From positions 320,001 to 384,000 of the forward strand of contig CAWDSK010000001.1 in assembly GCA_963804995.1 (NCBI GenBank): a stretch of DNA of 64,000 nt. Direction: 5' to 3'. The position numbers and the translations under genes were made by a program. Source of the stretch: an uncultured Acidobacteriota bacterium. Lineage in GTDB: Bacteria > Acidobacteriota > Terriglobia > UBA7540. This document shows, piece after piece, positions 19,173 to 29,474 of the stretch (positions are counted from its first letter, which is position 1; the number at the start of each line of letters is the position of its first letter). The notes beneath the pieces are model-generated. The model was not told where the DNA came from. It worked only from the letters and a program-made list of their open reading frames with translations, and did no database searches.

Positions 19173-20015
19173 ATGATGACAAATCACCCGCCGGATGTTG
19201 TCGAACAGGTCAGCCCGCAAGCGCGCATCCAAGCGGAGCTCATGAGGCTTGAATCGCAAAAAAGGGAATTCTGGATCATCGTGGCCTTTGCAGCGATGGT
19301 TCTTATCCTGGGAGTTCTATCCTTCTTCTTCCCCCACACCTTTTGGTACCGGAACAGCCTGAACATCAGTATTTCCCCTCAAGTCCTTTTCGTGATCATG
19401 GTCGCCATGGTGCTGGCGGCACTGTTTTATGTCCGGCGCGACATGGAGATCAAAGGGCTCCGGCTTGCGAATCTACAACAAATCCTCGCCTCACAGGAGG
19501 ACCAGGCCGCGAGCATGATCGACGCGGTGACGAATGTCTTCACGCGAGGCTTCCTGCATGACCTCCTCCAGGGTGAAATCTCCCGGGCCGAACGCACCAA
19601 CCGCTCGCTGGCGCTGCTGATGTGTGACCTGAACAACTTCAAGCAGGTGAACGACCGGTATGGCCACCTGATGGGCGACTATGTCCTCTCGCAGATCGCC
19701 ACGATTTTGAAGTCCTGCGTGCGCGGCTCCGACTACGTTATCCGGTATGGGGGTGACGAATTTCTGGTTGTGCTTCCCGAAACCGACGAACATGGTGGTG
19801 AGATCGTCCGGCAACGCGTCCACCGCAAGGTCATGGAATGGGACCAGAATAACCGTGTAGGGGATCTGCCGATTTCCCTCAGCCTGGGCCTGTACCTCCA
19901 CATCGCTGGCCAAACCGCAGAGAAGGATGTGGCGGAAGCCGACGCCCGCATGTATGCGGACAAGCAGGCCACTAAACACGGCGCCAAGCTGACCGACGCC
20001 TCAACCGTCCAGTAA
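19173..20015 (+). CDS. Membrane-anchored diguanylate cyclase
   Basis: Two hydrophobic segments; FKQVND.YGH..GD, RGSD I-site and intact GGDEF. Confidence 0.92.
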   Translation: MMTNHPPDVVEQVSPQARIQAELMRLESQKREFWIIVAFAAMVLILGVLSFFFPHTFWYRNSLNISISPQVLFVIMVAMVLAALFYVRRDMEIKGLRLANLQQILASQEDQAASMIDAVTNVFTRGFLHDLLQGEISRAERTNRSLALLMCDLNNFKQVNDRYGHLMGDYVLSQIATILKSCVRGSDYVIRYGGDEFLVVLPETDEHGGEIVRQRVHRKVMEWDQNNRVGDLPISLSLGLYLHIAGQTAEKDVAEADARMYADKQATKHGAKLTDASTVQ

Positions 20016-20144
20016 GGCCGCCTCTCTTCCGCTCGGAACTTTCATCAAGGCCTGCGCACGCATCACCCCCACGGCGCGCTTGCCGCGTTTGTCCTCCATG
20101 GCCAGTCTAATGCGGTGTTACAATCTTTTCAGACGGATCCCTTC

Positions 20145-21560
20145 ATGCGTCATCGACCTGACCTATACGCCCGGTGGTCCCTCGAAGTGCGTCGCGCGGA
20201 GTTCTTCCGCCCTGGGCAACGAGTGGGGGTGGCGGTTTCAGGTGGCCCTGATTCCGTCTTGTTGCTGCATTTCATGAAGATTCTGGCGGGCGAACTAGGA
20301 CTCACGCTCGCGGTTGTACACTTCAATCATCGCCTGCGCGGGGCAGAGTCGGACGGCGATGAAGCTTTGGTGCGCGGTTTCGCAGAGACTCTGCAACTCG
20401 AATACCTGCGCGGCGAGGCGGATGTGGGGCGCGTGGCGCGCGAACGCCGCCGCAACCTGGAAGCCGTGGCGCGGGAACTGCGCTACCGGTATTTCTTTAC
20501 TCTGGTTGATCAGGGGCGGCTCGACCGTGTGGCCACTGCACACACAGCCAACGATCAGGCAGAAACCGTGCTGCTGCGCCTGCTGCGAGGCACGGGAACG
20601 CGGGGACTGGGGGGCATCTATCCGGTGCTCGAGGGTAAAGTCGTTCGCCCCTTTCTTAACCTGACGCGCGCCGAAGTGATGGAAGAGATTGCGGCCCGCC
20701 ATCTCGAGTACCGCGTGGATTCCTCGAACCTCAACCCCCGATTCCAGCGCAACAAAGTGCGGGGAGAGCTCCTGCCATTCCTAGCCAGAGAATTCAATCC
20801 AGAAATTGTTCTCTTACTCAAGCAGCTTGCTGACCGGGCACGCGACGACGAAGCCTGCCTGGAGCGTCAGGCGCATGACCGGGCCCATCCCTGGAGGGTG
20901 CGCGAAGGCCTGGAAGAACGCCTCCCCATTCGCCCTCTTCTGGAATTTCCCGTGGCCCTGGCGCGGCGAGTATTACGACAGATGTTGCAATCCGTGCGTG
21001 GCTCGCTCCACGGGCTGACGCACGGGCATGTGGAGGCGCTGCGGCGCTTTGCCGCGGAAGCGCAGAGCGGGAAGAGCCTATCCCTGCCGGGTGGTGTGGT
21101 GGCTCGTAAGGAATTTGCCTGGCTGGTTCTGGCGCCCAGTCCCCCTGTGGCAGAACATCCGGGCTTTTCTTACGCCGTGGTAATTCCCGGGGTATTAACT
21201 GTTCCGGAGTTGAGTTGTAAATATAACTTCAAAATTCTTAACCGGGATGACCTTGCCCGGGCGTATAATCAACAGATGCTCGCTGGGCTTGACCCGCAAA
21301 AGTTGCCGGGGAAGCTTCTCTTGCGCAACTGGCGGGCTGGCGACACTTTCTGTCCTTTGGGAAGCCGCCGGGATCGCAAACTGAAGGAGCTTTTTCGCGA
21401 GCGGAAGATCCCGGAAGTTCAACGCAAAGTTTGGCCCGTCCTGTCAAACGAAAGCCAAATTTTCTGGGTCCGAGGATTCCCACCGGGGAGTCTCGTTGCC
21501 GCAACTGAGCAGACCGGCCGGGTGCTAATAGTGGAAGAGGAACCGATCCTGTTACCTTAG
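20145..21560 (+). CDS. tilS: tRNA(Ile)-lysidine synthetase
   Basis: VAVSGGPDS, HFNH, AHTANDQAET, RNKVR and C-terminal KLKELF motifs; start could be 20115. Confidence 0.93.
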   Translation: MRHRPDLYARWSLEVRRAEFFRPGQRVGVAVSGGPDSVLLLHFMKILAGELGLTLAVVHFNHRLRGAESDGDEALVRGFAETLQLEYLRGEADVGRVARERRRNLEAVARELRYRYFFTLVDQGRLDRVATAHTANDQAETVLLRLLRGTGTRGLGGIYPVLEGKVVRPFLNLTRAEVMEEIAARHLEYRVDSSNLNPRFQRNKVRGELLPFLAREFNPEIVLLLKQLADRARDDEACLERQAHDRAHPWRVREGLEERLPIRPLLEFPVALARRVLRQMLQSVRGSLHGLTHGHVEALRRFAAEAQSGKSLSLPGGVVARKEFAWLVLAPSPPVAEHPGFSYAVVIPGVLTVPELSCKYNFKILNRDDLARAYNQQMLAGLDPQKLPGKLLLRNWRAGDTFCPLGSRRDRKLKELFRERKIPEVQRKVWPVLSNESQIFWVRGFPPGSLVAATEQTGRVLIVEEEPILLP

Positions 21561-21580
21561 GCTGTCCGAGGACCACTGAG

Positions 21581-22159
21581 ATGAAGAAGCGTTCCCAATC
21601 CGCACCCAAGAAGCGTCGCAGCGTGCGAGGGCCAGCCGTACCCAGCGGGAAGGTTCGGGGCGTCATTAGCGAGACCGAAATCCGTCGGCGCGTGCGCGAG
21701 ATGGCCAAACAGATCAATCGGGACTACCAGGGAAAGACCCTTTACGCGGTGGGGGTCCTGGAGGATTGCTTCCTGTTTATGGCTGACTTGGTTCGGGCCC
21801 TAACGGTCCCGGTGGTTTGCTATTTCGTGCGTTCGCAAGTGCGCGATAGCGAGTCGGGATTGGTGGCCATGCGGGAGATCATGTACATCCCTCCCGTAGA
21901 CGCCACGGGCAAAGACATCCTGCTGGTAAACGGGATCCTGGATTCCGGGGTGACGCTCGATCATCTGTGCCGGTCCTTGTTGGTGCAACAGCCGGCCTCG
22001 CTGCGGACCGCCACGCTGCTCGACAAGGCGGAAGACCGAAAAGTGGATGTACCGCTCGATTACGTAGGTTTCAAAGTTTCGGGTAAATTCCTGGTTGGCT
22101 ACGGTCTGGGCTACGAGGGGCAGTATCGAAACCTGCCTTACCTTGCCCGGATAGTTTGA
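21581..22159 (+). CDS. hpt: Hypoxanthine phosphoribosyltransferase-like protein with degenerate motifs
   Basis: FMADL, ILDSG.TL, LLDK, FLVGYGL and YRNLPY motifs; lies between tilS and ftsH. Confidence 0.8.
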   Translation: MKKRSQSAPKKRRSVRGPAVPSGKVRGVISETEIRRRVREMAKQINRDYQGKTLYAVGVLEDCFLFMADLVRALTVPVVCYFVRSQVRDSESGLVAMREIMYIPPVDATGKDILLVNGILDSGVTLDHLCRSLLVQQPASLRTATLLDKAEDRKVDVPLDYVGFKVSGKFLVGYGLGYEGQYRNLPYLARIV

Positions 22160-22263
22160 GGAAGACGTCGCTATCCAGGTGGCCTTGGCGAGCATCTAAT
22201 TAGTGGGGGCAGGGCCCGAGGGGAAAACACCGGCATTGGGGTGGGGTTGGAGGAGGGCAGTCC

Positions 22264-24166
22264 GTGAACTCGGCAGTGAAGAATATAATCTTTTGGGTTG
22301 TGATGGCGGTCGCCGCGCTGCTGATCTGGGCGGTCGTGAAGTCGAATACCGGAGAAAGGGTCCGGGACCTTACCTACACAGAGTTCATGACCGAAGTGAA
22401 CAAGGACAATGTCCGCGATGTCACCATCGTAGGAACTGACGTCACGGGCACCTTCAAGAAAGATAGCTCCCACTTCAAGACTACAATTCCCTCCAATTAC
22501 CCCGATCTCTACAAGTCCCTCCAGGACAAGAACGTCAACGTCATCATCAAGGACAATTCCGGATCCACCTGGGTGACCTGGGTCGGCAATGGCTTGCCGC
22601 TGCTCCTCATTCTGGGATTGTGGATTTTCATCATGCGCCAGATGCAGTCCGGGGGGAACAAGGCGCTTTCCTTCGGCAAGAGCCGGGCCCGGCTGCTCTC
22701 GAGTCCAACAGAAGAAAGTCACCTTTAAAGACGTGGCCGGCGTGGAAGAAGCCAAGGAAGAATTGCAGGAAATCATTGAATTTCTTCGAGAGCCGCAGAA
22801 GTTCCAGAAGCTGGGCGGGCGCATTCCCAAAGGTGTGTTGCTGGTGGGCCCTCCGGGAACCGGCAAGACGCTGCTGGCGCGCGCCATCGCCGGCGAGGCC
22901 AACGTTCCGTTCTTCTCGATATCCGGTTCCGACTTCGTTGAGATGTTCGTGGGCGTGGGCGCCTCCCGTGTCCGCGACTTGTTTGAGCAGGGCAAGAAGA
23001 ACGCGCCCTGCATCATCTTCATCGATGAAATTGACGCCGTGGGCCGTCATCGCGGCGCCGGTCTGGGAGGCGGGCACGACGAGCGGGAGCAGACACTTAA
23101 CCAGTTGCTGGTGGAAATGGACGGGTTCGAATCAAACGAAGGCGTCATCCTGATTGCCGCTACCAACCGCCCCGACGTTCTGGACCCGGCGCTGCTGCGC
23201 CCTGGCCGCTTTGACCGTCGCGTGGTGGTTCCACGACCCGATGTGGGTGGGCGGGAAGCGATTTTGAAAGTCCATACCAAGAAGATCCCCTTGGCGGAGG
23301 ATGTTGACATCTCCGTTCTGGCGCGCGGCACGCCGGGCTTTTCGGGCGCCGACCTCGCCAACCTGGTGAACGAAGGGGCGTTGTTTGCGGCGCGGCAAAA
23401 TCGCAAGACCGTCATGATGATGGACTTCGAAACCTCCAAGGACAAAGTCCTGATGGGCGCCGAGCGCAAGTCCATGATCCTCTCCGAGGAGGAGAAGAAG
23501 AATACTGCCTACCACGAAGCCGGGCACGCGCTCGTCGCCTCCGTCGTTCCCTTCGCCGACCCCCTGCACAAGGTCACCATCATTCCGCGCGGCATGGCCC
23601 TGGGTGTCACCATGCAGTTGCCCCTTGACGACAAACACACCTACACGCGCGACTATCTTGAATCGCAACTCGCCATCATGATGGGAGGGCGCGCCGCCGA
23701 GGAGATTTTCCTGAACCACATCACCACCGGGGCGGGCAACGACATCGAACAAGCCACTGAGGTCGCCCGCCGCATGGTTTGCGAGTGGGGTATGTCGGAC
23801 CTGGGGCCCTTGGCATACGGCAAGAACCAGCAGGAAATCTTTCTGGGACGGGACCTTGCCACGCAGCGCGACTTCAGCGAGGACACGGCGATCAAGATCG
23901 ACCAGGAAGTGAAGAAATTCGTTACCGTTGCATACCAGCGGGCGCACGATGTCCTTACCACGAGTCGCGAAGCTTTGGTGCGCATTTCGGAAGCGTTGCT
24001 GGAGCGTGAGGTTCTGGACGCGAGTGAAGTGAAACTCCTGATCGACGGTAAGCCCTTGAAGGAATTTGTTCGGCGCGAAGCACCCCAACCTGAGACCACC
24101 CAGGTCCTTAAACCCCAACCGGCCCAGCCCGGCATGCCGCCCCGCGAGCGGCCCCAACCGGCGTAG
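22264..24166 (+). CDS. ftsH: ATP-dependent metalloprotease FtsH; apparent +1 frameshift near 22705
   Basis: Two TM segments and FGKSRARL in one frame; [22 protein letters not shown] and HEAGH in the next. Confidence 0.93.
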
Positions 24167-24442
24167 GCGCTGGTCCGAAATCCAAGACCTGATGGAGCGG
24201 GCCGGGTGCATCATTCTGCGCGGCTGCGGCCCAGCAAATGCTCCACTCGCACCGTGATGATCGTTACGAAGATCGCACTCGCTGATCCCCAGGCAGTGTC
24301 CACAAACTCCATCTTCCGGTTCTGACCTGTCAAAAGAGGGCTGATACAATCCTCGCATTGCTTTTCCTGCGCATTTCCAACTCTGCCGAACTATACTTTT
24401 GGCTCTTCGGCTGACGGCAACCGCACACCCGGAAGGAGGCAC

Positions 24443-25159
24443 ATGAGTCCCTTTGTGGCAGAATTGGTTGGCACTGCGCTGCTGGTTTTGTTGGGTGATG
24501 GAGTGGTCGCGGCAGTTGTCCTGAACAAGAGCAAGGCACAGAACTCCGGTTGGATGGTCATCACCACGGGATGGGCATTGGCGGTAGCGATGGCCGTGTA
24601 CGCCGTGGGTCGTATTAGCGGAGCACACCTGAATCCGGCTATCACCCTGGGCCTTGCGGGGATTGGGAAGTTCCCCTGGAGCGCTGTGCCCCGCTACCTG
24701 GTAGCGCAATTCCTGGGAGCCTTCTTGGGCTCGGTCATCGTATGGCTCGCGTATTTGGCGCATTGGCCCGTGACGGACGACCCGAGTGCAAAGCTCGGAG
24801 TTTTTTCCACCGCGCCGGCCATCCGCCACCTGCCCATGAATCTGGTCACTGAAACTATCGCGACCTTCGTGCTGATGTTCGGAGTGCTCGCCATCCTCGC
24901 GAATGCCGGCCCCCTTCAAAGTGGGTTGTCACCCTTGCTGGTGGGATTTCTGGTGTGGTCGATCGGGCTTTCGCTCGGAGCACCCACGGGCTATGCCATG
25001 AATCCCGCGCGCGACCTGGGGCCGCGCCTCGCCCACGCCCTGCTGCCCATCCCCGGCAAGCGTGATTCCGATTGGGGCTACTCTTGGGTCCCCATCGCCG
25101 GCCCGGTCATCGGCGGCTTCCTTGGCGCAATTACCTATGCGGGTTTATTCGGGTTTTGA
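24443..25159 (+). CDS. glpF: MIP channel, glycerol facilitator-like
   Basis: SGAHLNPA and GYAMNPARD motifs; hydrophobic helices; AGGAGG RBS. Confidence 0.85.
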   Translation: MSPFVAELVGTALLVLLGDGVVAAVVLNKSKAQNSGWMVITTGWALAVAMAVYAVGRISGAHLNPAITLGLAGIGKFPWSAVPRYLVAQFLGAFLGSVIVWLAYLAHWPVTDDPSAKLGVFSTAPAIRHLPMNLVTETIATFVLMFGVLAILANAGPLQSGLSPLLVGFLVWSIGLSLGAPTGYAMNPARDLGPRLAHALLPIPGKRDSDWGYSWVPIAGPVIGGFLGAITYAGLFGF

Positions 25160-25174
25160 TCTGTAACTGCGAAT

Positions 25175-26197
25175 ATGAAACGTCGCCGTGAATTTGAAAT
25201 TGAAATCGCTGGCCGTAGGATTCACCTGGGGCAACGCACGCTCATCCTGGGCGTGCTCAACGTCACTCCGGATTCCTTCTCGGACGGTGGTTTGTACCTT
25301 GACCCTGTCCGTGCCATCCAGCAAGGAGTGGAACTGGTTCGACAGGGAGCAGACTGGATTGATATGGGCGGCGAGTCCACGCGGCCCGGGTCACACCCTA
25401 TTACTGCCGAAGAAGAACTGCAACGCGTGCTGCCGGTCATCCGCGGGCTGCGGCGGAAGTTGCCGTCTGTCCCCATCTCCATCGACACCACCAAAGCCGA
25501 GGTTGCCGAGCAGGCTCTCCGCGCCGGGGCTGGGATTGTAAATGATGTAAGTGGATTACGCTTTGACCCGCGACTGGCTGAAGTGGTGCGGCGCTACCGA
25601 GCCCTTCTCATTCTGATGCACCTGCGCGGCCGCCCGGAAACCATGCAGCAGAAACCCTTCGCTCGTAACATCTGGCGATCGCTCCGGAGCGGCTTTGAGA
25701 CTTCCATCCGCCGAGCGCTTACCGCAGGAGTGCACCAATCGAAGATCATCCTTGACCCCGGTCTGGGCTTCGGCAAGTCACGACGGCAGAACTATGAAAT
25801 CCTTGCAGGGCTCGAAAGACTCCAGGCCTATCACCTTCCCATCCTCGTGGGCAGCTCGCGCAAATCCTTCGTGCAAGCGGTCGTGGCGGGCCAAGGGTTC
25901 GAATCTTCGCGCAGGAGGGGGGCCGCAGCGAGCCGTGCGCTCCTCGAAACCCTGCCTGGCGAGCAGAGGCCCATCACTACCTGGCCGATGGCGCCAGCTC
26001 ACCCCGCCAAATCGAGGGTAGCCCGCGACGCGCAATGGCAAAAGAATGTCGCCCTACTGATCGGCGATGCCGCGGCCGTGGTGGCAGCAATCCTGGGTGG
26101 CGCGCACATCGTGCGTGTTCATGAACCGGCTGCTGTCCTTCCTGCCGTACGTATTGCCGATGCCCTGCTTGCCATTCTCGCGGGTAGCGGGCTGTGA
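25175..26197 (+). CDS. folP: Dihydropteroate synthase
   Basis: NVTPDSFSDGG, GGESTRPG, SIDT, DPGLGFGK, SRKSF and IVRVH motifs. Confidence 0.93.
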   Translation: MKRRREFEIEIAGRRIHLGQRTLILGVLNVTPDSFSDGGLYLDPVRAIQQGVELVRQGADWIDMGGESTRPGSHPITAEEELQRVLPVIRGLRRKLPSVPISIDTTKAEVAEQALRAGAGIVNDVSGLRFDPRLAEVVRRYRALLILMHLRGRPETMQQKPFARNIWRSLRSGFETSIRRALTAGVHQSKIILDPGLGFGKSRRQNYEILAGLERLQAYHLPILVGSSRKSFVQAVVAGQGFESSRRRGAAASRALLETLPGEQRPITTWPMAPAHPAKSRVARDAQWQKNVALLIGDAAAVVAAILGGAHIVRVHEPAAVLPAVRIADALLAILAGSGL

Positions 26198-26484
26198 ACA
26201 ACATTTCCGGAAAAATATTCGCCCTCGCATTTGAAATTGAATTGATGTATAGTCAAGTGCGGCTGGGTAACCAAGTAGACACCGCAGCTTGACGCACCAC
26301 CCTGGCATTGCCGAGTCCTGGAAGTTCCCCGCGAATCATTCGCCTCTGCGATGCGACAACTGCTAACTAGCCAAGCTAGTTTTCTATTTCAGTCGTAAAG
26401 GCGCCGTAGAATCGATCCAAACCCCGCTCAATTCGTACCGCCACCAACTGCCGTGGGCAGGAGACTCACGTGAAGGGTTTGCGT

Positions 26485-28116
26485 ATGATTCCCACTCTCA
26501 GTTCTCCGCATGAAACTGAGGCCGCGTTTCCGCCCCTCGGCAAGAAGATCAAGGCCTTGCTGGTCTGGCCGCGGATCCCCAACTCGTTCTGGACATTTAC
26601 AGGGATGTTGGAGCTGCTTCCGGAAAAGGCCGTCATGCCGCCCCTGGGGCTAATCACGTTGGCGGCCCTATGTCCGGACTCGTGGACCCTTAGGCTGATT
26701 GACCAATCCATCGAGGAGTTGACGGACGACGACATTCTCTGGGCTGACCTCGTCATGGTAGGCGCCATGAGTGTTCAGCAAGCGGGGCAGCACGAAGTTC
26801 TGGCCCGCGCCCGCCGATTGGGCCGCCGCACGATCGTGGGGGGGCCATACGCAAGCGGCGAACCGGCCCGCATGCTCGCCATCGCGGACCACGTAGTAGT
26901 GGGAGAACCCGATGAGGTGTTTCACGAGATCGCCCGGGATCTTGAGGAGGGCACGGCACGGCGCCTCTATGAAATCGCTGAGAAGCCGGACGTAACCAAG
27001 ACCCCGCTGCCCAGGTTCGAACTGCTGAAGCTACACAGTTATGCCTCCATGGCGATTCAATTCTCCCGGGGATGCCCATTTCAATGTGAATTCTGCGACA
27101 TCATTATTCTCTATGGGCGAAAACCTCGAACCAAGGATCCTAAGCAAGTCTTGGCGGAGTTGGACAAACTCCTGAGCCTGGGATGGAAGAAGCAGGTGTT
27201 CATTGTCGATGATAATTTCATCGGCAACCACAAGCACGCCCTCGGCCTCTGCGTTGAACTCAAGAAATGGCAGCAGGCGCGTGGCTTCCCCATGATGTTT
27301 TACACCGAGGCATCGATGGACTTGGCCCGGCAATCGGCCCTCATCGAAGCGATGGTGAAAGCAAACTTCCTCTACGTCTTCCTGGGCATTGAAAGCCCCT
27401 CGAAAGAGTCCCTGAAGGAAACCAAGAAGCTCCAGAACCTGGCGATGGATCCCATCAGTTGTGTGGAGCTCTTACATAAGAAAGGCCTGTGGGTGACCGG
27501 CGGCTTTATCGTGGGGTTCGATTCGGATACAGCAGATATTTTCGAGCAGCAGATTGAGTTCATTGAGCGCACCGCCATTCCCTGGGCTTTGCTGAATCCC
27601 CTGCATGCGATGCCGCGCACGGCCCTCTACGAACGCATGCAAAGGGAAGGACGGTTGCTCGAGTCACCGCACAGCAGCGGCGACGGTACACCTCCCAATT
27701 TCCGCACGACCCTGGACACCACGGTCCTGATGCGAGGAATTTGTAAGACAGTCACAGCGATTTACGAGCCGAAGAGGTTTTTCGAACGCGCCTTGCGGTC
27801 CATGGAAAGTTGGGAAACCACGAAGTCCCAACATCCCGCCCAGCAGCCGACGATGGGTGGGATTCTTCAAATCATGGCTCGCTCAATCTGGAGGCAGGGG
27901 CTCCGGTCCTCCTACCGAAAGGTTTATTGGAAATACCTTGCGAAGATCCTTACCCGTTATGCAACGAATCGCCCCAAGCTGTGGATGGCCGCTACCATCA
28001 TGATTTCCGGCCACCACTTTATTCCTTATGCCACCGAAGTGGTGGCGAAGATTGAACGGGAATCGCTGGGCAGCACGCCTGCGCAAGAGTTGATCGCCGT
28101 TCCAGCTGAAGACTAA
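26485..28116 (+). CDS. B12-binding-domain radical SAM protein (class B methyltransferase-like)
   Basis: PPLGL, VGGPY..GE, SRGCPFQCEFC, VDDNF, LGIES and GFIVGFDSD motifs; start uncertain (26470 or 26485). Confidence 0.85.
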   Translation: MIPTLSSPHETEAAFPPLGKKIKALLVWPRIPNSFWTFTGMLELLPEKAVMPPLGLITLAALCPDSWTLRLIDQSIEELTDDDILWADLVMVGAMSVQQAGQHEVLARARRLGRRTIVGGPYASGEPARMLAIADHVVVGEPDEVFHEIARDLEEGTARRLYEIAEKPDVTKTPLPRFELLKLHSYASMAIQFSRGCPFQCEFCDIIILYGRKPRTKDPKQVLAELDKLLSLGWKKQVFIVDDNFIGNHKHALGLCVELKKWQQARGFPMMFYTEASMDLARQSALIEAMVKANFLYVFLGIESPSKESLKETKKLQNLAMDPISCVELLHKKGLWVTGGFIVGFDSDTADIFEQQIEFIERTAIPWALLNPLHAMPRTALYERMQREGRLLESPHSSGDGTPPNFRTTLDTTVLMRGICKTVTAIYEPKRFFERALRSMESWETTKSQHPAQQPTMGGILQIMARSIWRQGLRSSYRKVYWKYLAKILTRYATNRPKLWMAATIMISGHHFIPYATEVVAKIERESLGSTPAQELIAVPAED

Positions 28117-28468
28117 AGTCAGCCCAACTCATTTGCACGTCCCTTTAGGCGAGCTATTTGTCCCCGCCAGCCGCCCTCTCCTATTTCAGAGAATCGTCGC
28201 CACAAGTTGAAAGAACACCAGCACAAACCTCACAAGAATCGAGAGCGCGGGGCTGGCGAACTACGGTCCGCTTGATCGCTATGCCAATAGGGTTACACTC
28301 CTCATAACGGCGTTGAACATCGCGCGCCAAGGAGCTGAAGAACCAACCGGTGCGCCGACGAGAGCAAAAATTCGATTTACTTTATTGTCTTTTCGTTGCA
28401 CCCTAACGTCATTTCACAAAGTATTTTGTTCTGGTAGTTTGCGGAGCTTAGCCCGAAAGGAGTCACCC

Positions 28469-29257
28469 ATGCCGCGGGCCATTTCCAGCGGGAACGCCAT
28501 CGCTTACGACGATGTGGGGAAGGGCGAACCGGCATTATTCTTCCTGCCCGGCTGGTGTGCGAGTCGCACCGTTTTTGAGGACCTCATCCCCAATCTCTCG
28601 AAGCAACACCGTTGCCTGGCGCTCGACTGGCGGGGTCACGGGGAGTTGAGCCTGCCGCCTCTCGACTTTGATCAGCGCGCTCTGGTCGATGACGCCATGG
28701 CGGTGCTGGCGGCCAGCGGTGTACATACCGTAATTCCGGTGGCATTCTCGCACGCCGGCTGGGTGGCAATGGAAATGCGGCGCCGGCTGCGCATCAGGGT
28801 TCCCGTGTTGGTTCTTCTCGAGTGGTTGATTCTGGAACCGCCCGCGCCCTTTCTGGGTGCGCTCGAGGGCATGCAATCGCCGGAGCGATGGCGCGAGACC
28901 GTGGACCAGACCTTTTCGCTCTGGCTCGCGGGCACAGATAACCCGAGACTAACGCGCTTTGTGCGCGAAGGCATGGGCGCACACGCTTTCGAGATGTGGT
29001 CGCGGGCGGCGCGCGCCATCAGTTCCGCCTATGCCGAAGCCGGCAACCCACTGAAGGCGTTGTCACAGTTGGCCCCATCCCCGCCGGTTTTACACCTCTA
29101 TGCCACGCCGGAAGACCCAGAGTTCCTTGCCGCCCAACAAGCATTCGCTTCCCACTATCCTTGGTTCCGCGTGCAAAAGCTTCCAGGCCACAGCCACTTC
29201 CCCATGTTTGAATGCCCGGAGGCCATAGCCTCGGCCATCGAGCGATTTGTGTCTTGA
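28469..29257 (+). CDS. Alpha/beta-hydrolase-fold protein resembling Hod/Qdo/AqdC cofactor-free dioxygenases
   Basis: LPGWC, DWRGHG, PVAFSHAGWV, PERWRE, PWF and SHFP motifs; AGGAG RBS before ATG 28469. Confidence 0.75.
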   Translation: MPRAISSGNAIAYDDVGKGEPALFFLPGWCASRTVFEDLIPNLSKQHRCLALDWRGHGELSLPPLDFDQRALVDDAMAVLAASGVHTVIPVAFSHAGWVAMEMRRRLRIRVPVLVLLEWLILEPPAPFLGALEGMQSPERWRETVDQTFSLWLAGTDNPRLTRFVREGMGAHAFEMWSRAARAISSAYAEAGNPLKALSQLAPSPPVLHLYATPEDPEFLAAQQAFASHYPWFRVQKLPGHSHFPMFECPEAIASAIERFVS

Positions 29258-29474
29258 GAATGAACCCGGCGGGGCACTCCTGCACGAGACCTCTCGCTCG
29301 CGGCCTCACCCTGCCAGAATCTCTCTACTGACCGGGGTCTCAATACCTTGGTATAATGGCCGCCCACGTGGTGCCCGCTTGTCGATGGGCCGCTACGGAA
29401 GTGGCGGCGGCCTGTCTGATGACTTGCCGCGAATGATTGCCGATCAACCGAGGAAGGCAGAGTTAATCCCCGAA

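Noticed and set aside
22680..22730. Programmed frameshift or pseudogenisation of ftsH
   Set aside because: No slippery heptamer is present. Five similar indels in unrelated genes point to sequence error.
23132..24919. 595-aa minus-strand ORF over ftsH and glpF
   Set aside because: Antisense shadow of well-conserved genes.
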